NCBI RefSeq assembly: GCF_009914755.1
Contig: NC_060943.1
Reading direction: 5' to 3' (one strand)
From: the human T2T-CHM13v2.0 reference genome, Homo sapiens
Length of the DNA: 64,000 nucleotides
The position numbers and the translations under genes are program-made. The notes under the pieces were generated by a model. The model worked only from the letters and a program-made list of their open reading frames with translations. It did not search any database and was not told where the DNA came from. Position 1 is the first letter of the stretch. Every line of letters begins with the position of its first letter. Positions 34,019 through 59,017 of the stretch are shown in pieces.

Positions 34019-34048
34019 CAATAAAGTATTTTTACATTAAGGTATGTA

Positions 34049-34369
<321 letters not shown>

Positions 34370-34377
34370 TTAGCTAT

Positions 34378-34770
34378 TGTATTAGTCTATTCTCATACTG
34401 TTATAAAGAAATACCTGAGACTGGGTAATTTATAAAGAAAAGAGGTTTAATTGGCTCACAGTTCTGCAGGCTGTACAGGAAGCATAGCAGCCTCTGCTTC
34501 TGGGGAGGCCTCAGGAAGCTTCCAGTCATGGCAGAAGGCAAAGGGGGATGGAGGCATCTCACATCGTGGCAACAGGAGCAACAGGGAGGTGGGGGAGGTG
34601 CCACACACTTTAAACAACAAAATCTCTCCAGAACTCACTATCATGAGGACAGTACCAAGAGGAAACCCATCCACATGAGCCAATCACCTCCTACCAAGGC
34701 CCCACCTCGAACACTCGTGATTACAATTCAACATGAGATTTGGGTGGTGACACAGATCCAAACCATATCA
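34378..34770 (-). mobile_element. MSTA-type MaLR solo LTR
   Basis: tgtattagtc...aaaccatatca; exact 5-bp TSD gctat. Confidence 0.9.
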
Positions 34771-34799
34771 GCTATAGTAATAATAAAATTGCAAATTCA

Positions 34800-35325
<526 letters not shown>

Positions 35326-35739
35326 AAAAACTACAATCTTCTCCACTCCCTACTCCTTTAACTTGCTCTGTTTTTTTTTAACTATAGCACTTTTTGCTTT
35401 CTAAAATGCTAAAGGATTTACTTATTTATAACATTTATCATGTATGTACATGTCCTCCACTCAAATATAAGTTTCATGAGATCAGAGGTTGTTTTTTTCA
35501 ATAATCTATCCCAAGCACTGAGAATATGCCTAGTACATGGTTAGTAATCAATATCTATGTGTTGAATGAATGCAGCAGATTGACAAAATAATAATACCCA
35601 CGGTAGGCAAGAGTGTGAATAGTCAGACTCATGTACTGTTAACAAGAGAGTAAACTGATTAAATGAACTATATACATTCATACTCGAACATACTAAACAA
35701 CCATTGAAAGTGATATTGTGCAGTGTGGCAAAATACAAT

Positions 35740-36381
35740 TACACTCTGTTCCCCAGGCTGGAGTGCAGTGGCGCAATCACTGCCCCCCACCGTCTGGACC
35801 TCCTGGGCTCAAGTGATCCTCCCACATCAGCCTCCTGAATAGCTGGGACTACAGGAGCAAGCCACCATGCATTGTTAATTTCTTTTTTTTTTTTTTCATT
35901 TTGTAGAGATGGGGCCTCACTAGGTTGCCCAGGCTGGTCTTGAATTTAGAACTTTTTAGTAAAGTTCCCATCACATTATCATGGGAATAATACAAATTAT
36001 AAAATAGCATGTACAATCTGTTTCCAAGGAAAAAGTGTGTACAACAAAATCTTATCTATGAGGTGAGATTACAAGTTGTTGTTTTTGTTGCTGTTGTAAG
36101 ACAGAGGCTCGCTCTGTCGCTCAGGCCAGAATACAGTGGCACCATCCTAGCTCACTACAGCCTCGAATTCCTGGGCTCAAGCAATCCTCCTGCCTCAGCC
36201 TCCTGAGGAGCTGGAACTACAGGTGTGCGCCACTGTGCCCAGCTAATTTTTTTTTATTTTTTGTAGAGACAGGGTCTTGCTATGTTGCCCAGGCTGGTCC
36301 CAAACTCCTGGGCTCAAGCAATCCTCCCACCTCAGCTTCCCAAAGTGCCGGGTTTACAGGTGTGAGCCACTGCATCTGCCC
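35740..36381 (-). mobile_element. Two J-type Alus (one partial)
   Basis: 35740-35942 and 36075-36381. Confidence 0.85.
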
Positions 36382-37845
36382 TGCCACATTTATTTTCTAC
36401 AATGAATATGTGTTAGATGTATAGCAAGCAAGGGAAACATTTTTTAAAAGGAGAAAATAGAAACTACCCGGTTAATACGCATAGGCTTTCCTGTTTTAAC
36501 AAGGATATCGGAAGAGTAAGAACATATTTTAGAAGATTCACTCTGCAGTTACATTAAATGGAAACCAGCAAGCAAAGAGAAATGGGTAACCAAATGTAGG
36601 TTATTTAAATGTCCTCTCTATTGTCTGTAGTTTTTAAACTGCAAAAAGTAAAAGTGTGTATGAAATAAATTGTATGAAAGTTTCTGGATTTAAAAAGCCC
36701 ATTCTCTTCTCAGGAAGACCCGGATATCCTTCTGGAAAGAAATTCACGAATTCTGACCATCCTTGAAGCCAAACTCAAGCCCGCTGGCCTCACACGAATC
36801 TGCCTGTTACTCCTTAATAAGACAGGACTTCCTTTGGGCTTGGGCTGGGATCAAATGGTGCTGTGTGAAAGCCACCCATTCCTGCCAATCACACAACCCC
36901 TGTAAACAGCACGGCTTATTGTGAAAATTAATTCAGGGAGCTTAAACTCCACCGAACAGAAGGGTTTAAAAAGAAAAGAAAAAAAATTCCCGTGGTTTAG
37001 AAAATACTAGATGCATTATGACCTTCGGTATGAGTCCCAGGCTATGTGCATTATACCGGCAACACCCGGGAAAACATAAGCTGTCTTTTTTAATCCATCA
37101 GATAATTACACCGACTACAAGGACATTTTGGCAACTACTAGAAAATACTGCCCTCTGGTGTTAAGGTCATTCCACACTGATTAACACAACAAAAAGGAAA
37201 AAAAGAAAAGCCTTTCTTAAATACAAAAACCACTACCTTCAGGGACTTATGTTTTTGACTTGCAAAAAATCTGAACACAAAATCCCAAAGGATTTTACGG
37301 GTATATATTGTGGACACCTTCCCCACTGTGCCCGGAAAATACCTACTAATGTTATTACAAGCTGTCTCAGTCAATTCATGTCAGAGGATCTCCTCTCCAA
37401 GAGCTATATTCAGCTGTCTCTTGAACAAAACAAAACCAAAAAGTATTTTCAAGAGCTTCTGTGGGGGAGAAGTTTCTGGAAAATAAACTAAAGATTATTT
37501 TCACAGAAAATTTTCTACTAATCCTGGTAGGAAGAATAGAAAGAAGAGCAATATTACGATATTTTATATATTATAGAAGTCTTTAAAAATGTGAGACAAT
37601 TTTTATGAAAAACAAAATAGCCACATTAATAAAGAAGCTGGCAATCATTGGCTTTATATTGATCATCTTATTCCTGCTTAAAGGTACTTCAAGAATAAGA
37701 TAGAAAGGAGGTTCTGTCGTAGCTCTCCGCTATAAGAAAATAAAACTTTAAAAGGGTGGGGCGTGCCGTTCTGATGGTTACACACACAAGAATTGCATGC
37801 ACAAATTCAGCAGTCTTGGCTGGGCATGGTGGTTCACACTTGTAA

Positions 37846-38189
<344 letters not shown>

Positions 38190-38532
38190 CATGATCTTTT
38201 GTAGAGATGGAGCCTCACCGTGTTGCCAATAAAAGAAACCAAAGTTCCATGGAGAAATGACCGATTCTAAGACTGGGGCAGGAAATACACAGGATAAGCC
38301 AGGAGCACCTACTAGTACCAGAAAGTAGGAAAGTGCTCAAAACAAACAAACCAAAAAAAAGCCCACATCAGTGGGGAGATGTCAAAGGGTCACAGGATCC
38401 AACTGAAAGAGATCCCAATAGTCAAAACTGGAACAACTTGAGTAACAAAATAAAATAGATTGGATCATAACCCAAAGCATGGAATAAACACCCATGAGTC
38501 CACACTGATATTAATGATTGAATAAATAAATG

Positions 38533-39280
<748 letters not shown>

Positions 39281-39469
39281 TAACTCCTCACTCCTGAAGT
39301 GTGGCCTGCATGTAGTGACTTCCTTCCAAAAATGGGAGAAGAGTAACTTTACAGTAGAGAAACCTGACCAACACTATCTCTGGCAGGTGATTAAGGTCAA
39401 TGCCAACAGTGATAAGTCATATTGATAGTACGGTCATGCACTACATCATGACATGAGTTATATCATTAT

Positions 39470-39966
39470 AATCATGGTGAGTTGTATAATTACTTCATCA
39501 TATATTACAATGTAATCATAATAGAAATAAACAGCACAATAAATATAAAGTGCTTGAATCATCCCCAAACCATCCCTCAACCCCCACCCTAGTCCATAGA
39601 AAAATTGTCTTCTGGTCCAGCGTGGCTCACACCTGTTATCCCAGTACTTTGGGAGGCCAAGGTGGGCGGATCACTTGAGGCCAGGAGTTCAAGACCAGCC
39701 TGGCCAATATGGCGAAACCCCTCCTCTATTAAAAATACAAAAATTAGCTGGACATAGTGGCGCACACCTGTTATCCCAGCTGCTCGGGAGTCTGAGGCAC
39801 AAGAATTACTTGAACCTGGGAGGCAGAGGTTACAGTGAGCCAAGATCTGCCACTGCACTCCAGCCCGGGTGACAGAGTGACACTCTGTCTCAAAAAAAAA
39901 TAGAAAGAAAGAAAAATCGTCTTCAATGAAACCGGTCCCTGGTACCAAAAAGGTTGGGGACTTCTG
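39470..39966 (+). mobile_element. MER1-type hAT-Charlie element, 3' half, split by an Alu
   Basis: gcttgaatcatccccaaaccatcc...aaattgtcttc[Alu]...gaaaccggtccctggtaccaaaaaggttgggga. Confidence 0.75.
39613..39916 (+). mobile_element. Alu inside MER1
   Basis: TSD gaaaaat(t/c)gtcttc. Confidence 0.9.
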
Positions 39967-41175
39967 TGTTAAGGAATCTGCTTCATTGAAAGCGATGAAA
40001 CTAACAAAAATTCATGGAAGTTCTCTATCAGATGCAGAGAAACTTCTAATGACCTGGATTGAAGACCAAACACAGACACATATCCCTCTCAGCACCGTGA
40101 CAATCACCACCAAAGCAATGTCGGTTTGCAAGGTTGAAAGCAAAGGCTGGACCTGACTGTGGTGTTGAATTTACTGCTCTGGGTATTTCAAATGATTCAA
40201 GAATCCTTACTCCTTACATAAAGTGCAAGTTAGTGATGAGTCTGTGGGTGCTGTTGTGAAGGCAGCAGAAGAATTTTTGGAAACTCTGGATGAGCTGATT
40301 GTGGAGGAAAATTACTTGTCACAGCAAATCTTCAATATGAATGAAACCTCCCCATTCTGGAAACAAATGCCTGAAAGAACTTTCATTCATAAGGAAGCCA
40401 AGTCAATGTCAGGTTTGAAGACTTTTAAGGACAGAGCAAGTCTTGCCTGGCAACAATGTTGCAGATTACAAACTGAAACCCTTTATGAGGACCCCAGGGC
40501 CTTCAAGCCTGTCAATTAGCACACACAGCCAGTGCACTGCAGGAGCAATAAGAAGCCACAGATGACCCAGCTCCTCTTCCAAGAGGCCCTCCTGAATTAC
40601 TCTGCCAGTGAGATGGAGAAGTACTGTTTGGAGAATAATATATCTTTCAAGATTGGCTTATTGATAATGCTCTTCTTCTTCTTTTTTTTTTTTTTTTTGT
40701 CATTTTCATCTCAATATCAAAGTGGTGTTTCTCCCTCCAAATACCACCTCTTTGATCCAACCAATGCATCAAGGAATTATAACAGCTTTTAAGACTATTA
40801 CCTAAGGAGGACTTTTGCCCAGGCTGTTGCTGAAACTGAGGAAGACCCTGAGAAGACATGGATGTAATTTTGGAAGGATTACAACATCTATTACTGTGTC
40901 AAGCACTTTGAGCTTGGGCTTGGGGTGATGCCACCGAGGAATGTATGAATGGCATCTGGAGGAAGACACTCAAGAGGTTTTTCCATGATTTCAAAGGATT
41001 TGCCAAGGATGAGGAGGTTGCAAAAGTCAACAAGGCTGTGGTTCAGATGGCAAACAACTCTAATCTGGGTTTGGCTGAGGATGGCATTGAGGAGCTCCTA
41101 AAGGAATGAGGAGTTATTGGAACTGGGACAGGAACACGTAGCTGAAGAAGGGGCAAGAGCAAAGGGAGCTGCTGG

Positions 41176-41440
41176 AGAAGGAAAAGAACTCTCAGGAAAA
41201 CTCACAGTGAAAAGGTTGACAGAAGCTTCTGCAGACTTCAGCAAACTCCTTAAGAAGTTTGAAAGAAGGAAAAGAACTCCCAAGAAAACTCACAGTGAAG
41301 GGGTTAGCAGAAGCTTCTGCAGACTTCAGCAAACTCCTTAAGAAGTTTGAAAGAAGGAAAAGAACTCCCAAGAAAACTCACAGTGAAGAGTTTAGCAGAA
41401 GCTTCCACAGATTTCAGCAAACTCTTTAAGAAGTTTGAAA
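41176..41440 (+). repeat. 3 x 88-bp tandem repeat inside the Tigger3 transposase
   Basis: Unit agaaggaaaagaact...aagaagtttgaa starts at 41176, 41264 and 41352. Confidence 0.92.
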
Positions 41441-41827
41441 ACATGGACACCCAACACCAAAAGGTTTTTATTAACAGACAGAAATGTTCATGGTGCATTA
41501 TTTGTTTATAGGGAAATCTATGTTAAAGAAAAGAAACAAACCAAGCAAACCACCATGGACATATTTCTGAAAAGAGTGACCCCACCTCAAGAAGATCTCA
41601 GGAGGGTCCTTCAGGAGGTACCCAGAAGAAGACATTGTTATCACAGGGGATAATGCGTGTGTTACTGCCCCTGAAGACCTTCCAGTGAGACAAAATGTGG
41701 AGGTGGAGGACAGTGACATTGATGATCCTGACCCTGTGTAGGCCTAGGCTGATGTGTGTGTTTGTGTCTTCATTCCTAATAAAAAAGTTGAAAGAATTTT
41801 TTAAATTTTTTTAAATTAAAAATAAAA

Positions 41828-42482
41828 GGCCAGGTGTGGTGGCTAATGCCTTTAATCCCAGCACTTTGGGAGGCCGAGGCAGGCAGATCACCTGAGGTTG
41901 GGAGTTTAAGACCAGCCTGACCAACATGGAGAAACCCTGTCTCTACTAAAAATATGAAAAATATTAGCCGGGTATGGTAGAGCATGCCTGTAATCGTAGC
42001 TACTCAGGAGGCTGAGGCTGGAGAATCGCTTGAACCCAGGAGGCAGAGGTTGTGGTGAGCCGAGATTGTGCCATTGCACTCCAGCCTGGGCTACAAGAGC
42101 AAAACAACGTCTCAAAAAAAAAAAAAAAGAAAGAAAGAAAGAAAGAAAAGAGCTTATAGGATAAGGATACAAAGAAAGACGATAGGCCGGGCATGGTATT
42201 TCACACCTATAATCCTAGCACTTTGGGAGGTCAAAGCGGGTGGATCACCTGAGGTCAGGAGTTCGAGACCAGCCTGGCCATCATGGCGAAACCCCGTCTG
42301 TACTAAAAATACAAAAGTTAGCCAGGTGTGGTGCCAGGCACCTGTAATCGCAGCTACCCAGGAGTCTAAGACGGGAGAATTGCTTGAACTCAGGAGGTGA
42401 AGGTTGCAGTGAGCCAAGATTCACACCACTGCACTGCAGCCTGGGTGACAGAGCGAGACTCTGTCTTGCAAAAAAAAAAAAA
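41828..42482 (+). mobile_element. Two S-type Alus inside Tigger3
   Basis: 41828-42150 and 42185-42482. Confidence 0.9.
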
Positions 42483-42866
42483 GACAATATTTTTGTACAG
42501 CTGTACAATGTGTTTTAAGTGTAATTACAGAAGAGTCAAAAAGTTAAAAAAATAAAAAGTTGATAAAGTAAAAAGTTATTGGAAGCTAAGGTTAATTTGT
42601 TATTGAAGAAAACAATTTTTATAAATTTACTGTAGCATAACTGCAGTGTTTATAAAGTCTATAGTAGTGTACAGTAATGTCCTAGGCCTTCACATTCACT
42701 CACCACTCACTCACTCACTCACCCAGAGCAACTTCCGGTCCTCCACTCCTTTGGGAGTTCGGTCTCCCAAAGCGCTGGGATTACAGGCGTGAGCCACTGC
42801 AAATGACAGCAACTCCAAGCTCCATTCATGGGAAGTATCCTATATACCATTTTAAAAAATATTCTA

Positions 42867-43164
<298 letters not shown>

Positions 43165-43612
43165 CTATACCATATTTTTGCTGTGCCTTTTCTATGTTTA
43201 GATATGTTTGGATACACAAATACCTACCACTGTGTTACAGTTGCCCATAGTAAAATGCTGTGCCGGTTTGTAGCTTAGGAGCAGCAGGCCATACATATAG
43301 CCTAGGTGTGGAATAGGCTGTGCCATCTAGGTTTGTGTAAGCACACTCTGTGATGCTCCCACAATGATGAAATCGCCTAAAGACACATTTCTCAGAACGC
43401 ATCCCCCTCATTAAAGGATGTATGACAATATATCTGCGATATAATGTGACAAAAATGGCACTTTACTTTTGTGGTCTTCCTCCCAAAAACCCACAATCCC
43501 AGTCTAATCATGAGAAAAACATCAGACAAATTCCAGTGGAGGGACATTTTGCAAAAATGTCTGACCAGGACTCCTCAAATGACAAAGTCATCAAAAACAG
43601 GGACAGTATTAC

Positions 43613-44516
43613 TCAGGTGTGGTGGCCATGCCTGTAGTCCCAGCTACTCAGAAGGCTGATGCAGGAGGATCGCTTGAGCCCAGCAGTTCGGGGCTGCAGT
43701 GAGCGATAATTGTGCCATGAGCTCCAGCCTGGGTGACCGAGCAAGACCTTATCTCTAAAATAAAAATAACAATTAAAAGTTAACTTTATTTGGCCGGGCG
43801 CGGTGGCTCACACCTGTACTCCCAGCACTTTCGGAGGCCGAGGCGGGCGGATCACAAGGTCAGGAGATCGAGACCATCCTGGCTAACATGGTGAAACCCC
43901 GTCTCTACTAAAAATAGAAAAAATTAGCAGGGCGTGGTGGCGGGTGCCTGTAGTCCCAGCTACTCAGGAGGCTGAGGCAGGAGAATGGCGTGAACCCGGG
44001 AGGTGGAGCTTGCAATGAGCCTAGATTGCGCCACTGCACTCCAGCCTGGGCGACAGAGTGAGACTCTGTCTCAAAAAAAAAAAAGAGAGAGAGAGAGACA
44101 TCTAAGGACATAAAATGAGAATGAAAGTAAAGAGATGGGAAAAGACATGCCAGGCAAATACTCGCCCACATAAAGCTAGTATAACGTAAGATAAAATAGG
44201 ACTTCAGGCAGAAAGATAGCCATTACCCAGGCGCAGTGGCTCATGCCTGTAATCCCAGCACTTTGGGAGATCGAGGCGGGCAGATCACTTGAGGTCAGGA
44301 GTTCGAGACCAGCCTAACCAATATGGTGAAACCCCATCTCTACCAAAAACACAAAAATTAACCGGGCCTGGTGGTGCACACCTGTAGTCCCAGCTATTTG
44401 GGAGGCTGAGGCAGGAGAATTGCTTAACCTGGGAGGCACAGGTTGCAGTAAGCTGAGATCACACCACTGCACTCTAGCCTGGGCAACAGAGACGCTGTCA
44501 CAGGAAAAAAAAAAAA
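43613..44516 (+). mobile_element. Alu cluster: monomer 43613-43770, AluY-type 43792-44083, AluS-type 44226-44516
   Basis: Alu motifs; Y diagnostic gagatcgagaccatcctggctaac. Confidence 0.88.
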
Positions 44517-45559
44517 GCCATTACTTAACTATTCACCAGAAAAATATCACCTTATAAGCATCTATCGTAGAGCCTCAAAATATATAACTCAGATATTCTC
44601 TTTTTCCCAACAGCTTTCATTCTGAAGTAGGCTTCCAAATGAAGCTCTTGATGTCCTCATTTTCCCATTATTTACCTGCTTTCTGTCCTAACCTGAACCA
44701 TGACATTCTGGAAAATATTCCAAATTTTACTTTACATAACTTTAAGTAAAATTATGAAATCATAGTCACTCCTCTGGGCAAAATATATATGTGTGTGTAT
44801 ATCTTAAAGGCAATTCACATGGAGAATTATCAAGGATACTCTATGTTTAGACTTGAACTCTTGAGTTTGTCATTTAACATTAGCCTGAAGTAAAAGCTCC
44901 TAACTCAATGGTTCACTTGCTTACAACTTCCTCCTACTCCAGACTCAAAGGCTGAATTAGACTTCCTCTTTATCAGGAGCTGCACACCACATAGTGCTTA
45001 GGGGTTCACAAAAAAAAAAAAACCTCTGGCGACTTCAAGTCCAGCAGGGATCCAGCCCCCGGTGAGTGTCCACACGGCATCGGGAGGGATCACCTGCAAG
45101 AAAGAGGGGGATTTTTTAAAAAACAAAAAAAGGCGGGGCTTTTTTTTAAGAGACTACAAAAAGAAAAAGGGACTCAGGCGTAAACAAATATGTTTGCAGA
45201 GTTTATCAGGAATATGCCACGTTACACATACATGGATTTATCAAGGTAGAGCAAGTTTGGTTAATTAGAAGGTATGAAATGGTGATGAAGGTAGTAAAAG
45301 CTGCTGTGCGTGCAGAGGTGAATTCCCTGCTTCCCCAGGCAGCAAAGGAGTGTCAAAAACATGAAGCTGTCAATGACAGCACTTCAAGATCCGCCCGTGC
45401 TACCAATTGCACATGACAATGAAATTCCTCCTTAGGCCTGCAGGAGTTTTCTAGAATGTTAAACCCTGACCTTGCAATTCCTGGTTGCAGTCATTTCTAA
45501 TGTCAAATGAACACGGTTTTATCTTTCACAGGCTAACCAAATGTTGGCTGGACTAATGT

Positions 45560-45800
45560 GCATTTTACATATTATTTATTTTACATATTACTTATTACTT
45601 ATTTTACATATCAGTGATTTTACATATTATTACTTATTTTACATATTACTTATACATATGTGTATACACACATGTATATACTTATACATATGTGTATACA
45701 CACATGTATATACTTATACATATATGTATACACACATGTATATACTTACACATATACATATTTGCATATTACTTATTATACTTTACATATTACTTAAGTA
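45560..45800. repeat. AT-rich minisatellite (ttttacatatta units and 3 x 32-bp unit)
   Basis: catatgtgtatacacacatgtatatacttata repeated from 45655. Confidence 0.8.
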
Positions 45801-45897
45801 ATCACCACAAATACAACATATTTTTGGGAAAATGAGTATTCACAACTATATTTTGTTATGTCAAAGGGATTTTGTAAGTCAGAATCAATTAGAATGA

Positions 45898-46585
<688 letters not shown>

Positions 46586-46842
46586 AGTAATTTTTAAAGC
46601 TTGGAATCCTTCATGGTAAGAAAAAACTAGCATTTATTAAGTGCCTACTAAAAATCAAGCACTGTTTTATACGTAGTGCCATACTTTGTACTTAACCCTC
46701 ATAACCACCACACAAGTTATGCATTATGAAAACTAGTTTATATACTGCAACTCAAAGAAGCTAAGTGATTTTCCCAAAGACATAACAGCTGGCAAATGAC
46801 AGAATTAGGACTTGAATTCACATCTTCCTACACCAACGCCTA

Positions 46843-47530
<688 letters not shown>

Positions 47531-47634
47531 GTCTATAAACCAAGACTACCAAATAACTGCCATGAATTCAGTTAGTTATACATAAAGACAAAAAAAAATG
47601 TCTAATACCACACCCACACATATATTTAGCTTCA

Positions 47635-48494
<860 letters not shown>

Positions 48495-49124
48495 TAAAAC
48501 AAGGAAGTCACAAAGAGGAAAAACTGATTTGCCCCTCCAGAAGATTCACACTTGGAACCACAGAAAGGCTTCACAAAGACCATTTTCCACCCTCCAGGTG
48601 TGTAAAGGTGGGGCCACACCCCAACTCCTCCAGTGTCACCTTTACCAGCCACAGGTGTATTTCCCTCTCCCCCTCCCTGGGAACAGACCCTACAGAAGGA
48701 ACTTCTTTTCCCAATGAACGAATTGCAGAGTTACAGAGTTCTGATGTTTATCTTCATTAGATAGTAGAAACGAATGAACCATTTAGAATAAAACCAAACG
48801 TCAACATGATACCAAACGGTGCATCTGAACGTGTCCCTGACCTGTGACCTTAGCACACTGAAGGGTGCCAAGGCTCCAACCTGCTCTGCCCCAACCTGTT
48901 CTTCTAACTGCCCTAGGTGTGTCCACACGTGTGGTGGGGTAGGTGACTCTAAGAATTTCAGATACTTAGATTGCAAATAATATGAGATAAAGCATAATTC
49001 CTCTTAAATAAAGCAGGTGCTCTTTTTAGGAACTCTTAAGTTATTTGAGAAAAAAAAATTACAGTTACAAAGCTTCTAAAAACCATCCCCAGAGCCATAA
49101 GATTGTGACATCAAAAATAGTGGA

Positions 49125-49600
49125 GGCCAGGCATGGTGGGCTCACACCTGTAATTCCAGCACTTTGGGAGGCGGAGGCATGAGAATTGCTGGCATCCAGG
49201 AGGCAGAGGCTGCCATGAGCCGGGATCACGCCACTGCATTCCAGAGCGACTCAGGAAAAAAAAAAAAAACCACCAGTGGATGGAAAAATAACTAAGGCCA
49301 AGTGCAGTGGCTCATGCCTGTAATCTCAGCATTTTGGAAACTAAGGTGGGGGCATTGCTTGAGCTCAGGAGTTTGAGACCAGTAACACAGCAAAACCCCG
49401 TCTTCATTAAAAATACAAAAAATTAGCCAGGCATGGTGGACATGCCTCTAGTCCCAGCTACTCAAGAGGCTGAGGCAGGAGGATGGCTTGAGCCCAGGAA
49501 TTCGAGGCTGCAGTGAGCTAAGATCAGGCCACTGTACTCCAGCACGGGCAACAGAGTGAGACCTTTTCTCAAAAAATATAAAGAATAAATAAATAAATAA
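49125..49600 (+). mobile_element. Alu monomer and J-type Alu
   Basis: 49125-49269 and 49297-49600. Confidence 0.85.
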
Positions 49601-49771
49601 TTAGGGCCAGTATTATGCTGAACTCATCCTAAAAATATGTTGTTTTCAGGCATTTACGTGATGCTCAGATCCTCTCCCACATTCCCTCCACTCAATATCA
49701 GAGCCTAGCTTCAGTCAGTGGAGAGTTGGAGCAAGAAACTTACCTAGGGGCTAATTAATCAGCGAGTCCTA

Positions 49772-50470
<699 letters not shown>

Positions 50471-50884
50471 TCAGAGCCAAGACCTCTGTGAAGCCATCTG
50501 TAAAGGCCACAGTAGAGTGGCTCCTCGTCCTCTTTCTCCATGTGATGTGGCTTTACAAGCACAGCTAACTTCCCTGTCACACGGCCAGCCCCTTAGAGAA
50601 GGGAGGATGCCTTCATTGCCTTCATTAACACAGAGTAGAGTTCCTATAATGACTTACTAAGTCACACTGAGACCTAACGTAAAATTAAACCATAAGGAAT
50701 CAAGGCATATGGGTTTATTGCTGTACCTTTAAACGAAACCCACAGAGAAAAGTGAAACGATCATCCAGTTTTTTAATAGCAGTAGCATCTCTGAATGTTG
50801 TCAGAAATTTTTCCCTTGTGGTTATTTCATTACAATTTAAGAAACTTTAGGAGTGGCATATAAAATATTTTGCCTATCTTTTTT

Positions 50885-51527
<643 letters not shown>

Positions 51528-51905
51528 CGAAATCAAAGTCTCCACCTCCCAAGCCAAACCACAACCCTTCCTGAGCTCCCCACCGTCCCATCTCAGTGGA
51601 AGCCCATGGAGCACCATCCAGAGTCCCCAGGTCAGAAGCCCTGGAGTCCACTCTGGATGCTGCACTAGACACTGCCCAGGGCAGCACACCTCTCCTGAAG
51701 TGCTCCCTGGGTTTTTCCTCTGTCCCCACTGGCCTCTTCTCTTGGTCTCCTCTGCAGATTTCTAAGGCCCACTCCAAAGGCTGGCTTGGTCCTCAGTCCA
51801 CACTCTCTCTTGCAGAAAACAATGCAGGTACTCTGCCCAGATTGCCCAGGTTCCTGTATACTATGGCTTTACACACCTTTAGCTGTAATGTGATTTTGGT
51901 CCTAA

Positions 51906-53412
<1,507 letters not shown>

Positions 53413-53452
53413 ATATAGCCATTTTAGCATCCTTTTGATTGGTGTTGCATGA

Positions 53453-54007
<555 letters not shown>

Positions 54008-54464
54008 TGACCTAATTTGACAATCTCTCCCTGTTAATTGGGGTGTACGCAGCATTTCCACTTAATCTGATTACTGATATGGTTGGGTTTAGAAGTTATC
54101 ATGTTGCTATTTGTTCTATCTGTCCCATGTGTTCTTTGTTCTTTTGTTCTTCTTTGGTTGCCTGATTTTGGATTGAGCATTTTTTATGAATTCGCGTATC
54201 TCCTTTGTTGACTTACCAGCCATAAGTCTTTGTTGTGTCATTTTAGTAGTTGCTTTAGGGCCACCTAATCCATGGAGTAAGATAATTCATGGTAGAATAG
54301 GCTAAAAAGAAGCCCCAGAAATTGTCCTTCCTCTGAACTTGATAGTACATTTTTAAAACAATACCATTAGAATGACTTCTGGAACGACAGAGTGAGGACC
54401 TCCATGGACTCACTTTAGAGAAATGACCAAAACTGATGAGATTTATTTAAAAAAAAAAAAAAAA

Positions 54465-56511
<2,047 letters not shown>

Positions 56512-56744
56512 TCACAAAGCAAAACTCAGCTATATGCTGTATACATGATTCGCACATGAATGGAAGTGATTGCGAAAGGCTAAAAATAAAAAGATGGGCA
56601 AAGGCATTTAACAGTCAAATGGAGACCATAAGAGAACAGCGGAGTGACAAGACTCAATTTGCACTTTAAGGAGATGGCTCAGGTTTCTGCGTGGAGGATG
56701 GATTGAGGGGGGTGTTGTTATATAAAGTGGTCAAAGATGGCCTC

Positions 56745-58830
<2,086 letters not shown>

Positions 58831-58840
<10 letters not shown>

Positions 58841-59017
58841 GAAGAAGGGGGAGGGGGAGGGGAGAGGAGGAGGAAGAGGAGAAGGACAAGGGGGAGGAGG
58901 AGGAAGAGGAGGAGGAGGAATAGGAGGAGAAAGAGGAGAAGGAGGAGGAGGAGAAGGATAAGCAGAAGGAGAAAGAGAAGGAGGAGAAGGAGAAGGAGAA
59001 GAAAGAAGACAGAAGAA
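58831..59017. repeat. GA-rich (GGA/GAA) polypurine tract
   Basis: ~185 bp almost entirely A/G, following an Alu tail. Confidence 0.9.

Noticed and set aside
41176-41440. CRISPR-like regular repeats
   Set aside because: Contiguous tandem units with no spacers, in primate DNA.
39926-41653. Possible domesticated TIGD-like transposase gene
   Set aside because: Split into short ORFs by stops and frameshifts, a poly-T expansion and an out-of-frame triplication.
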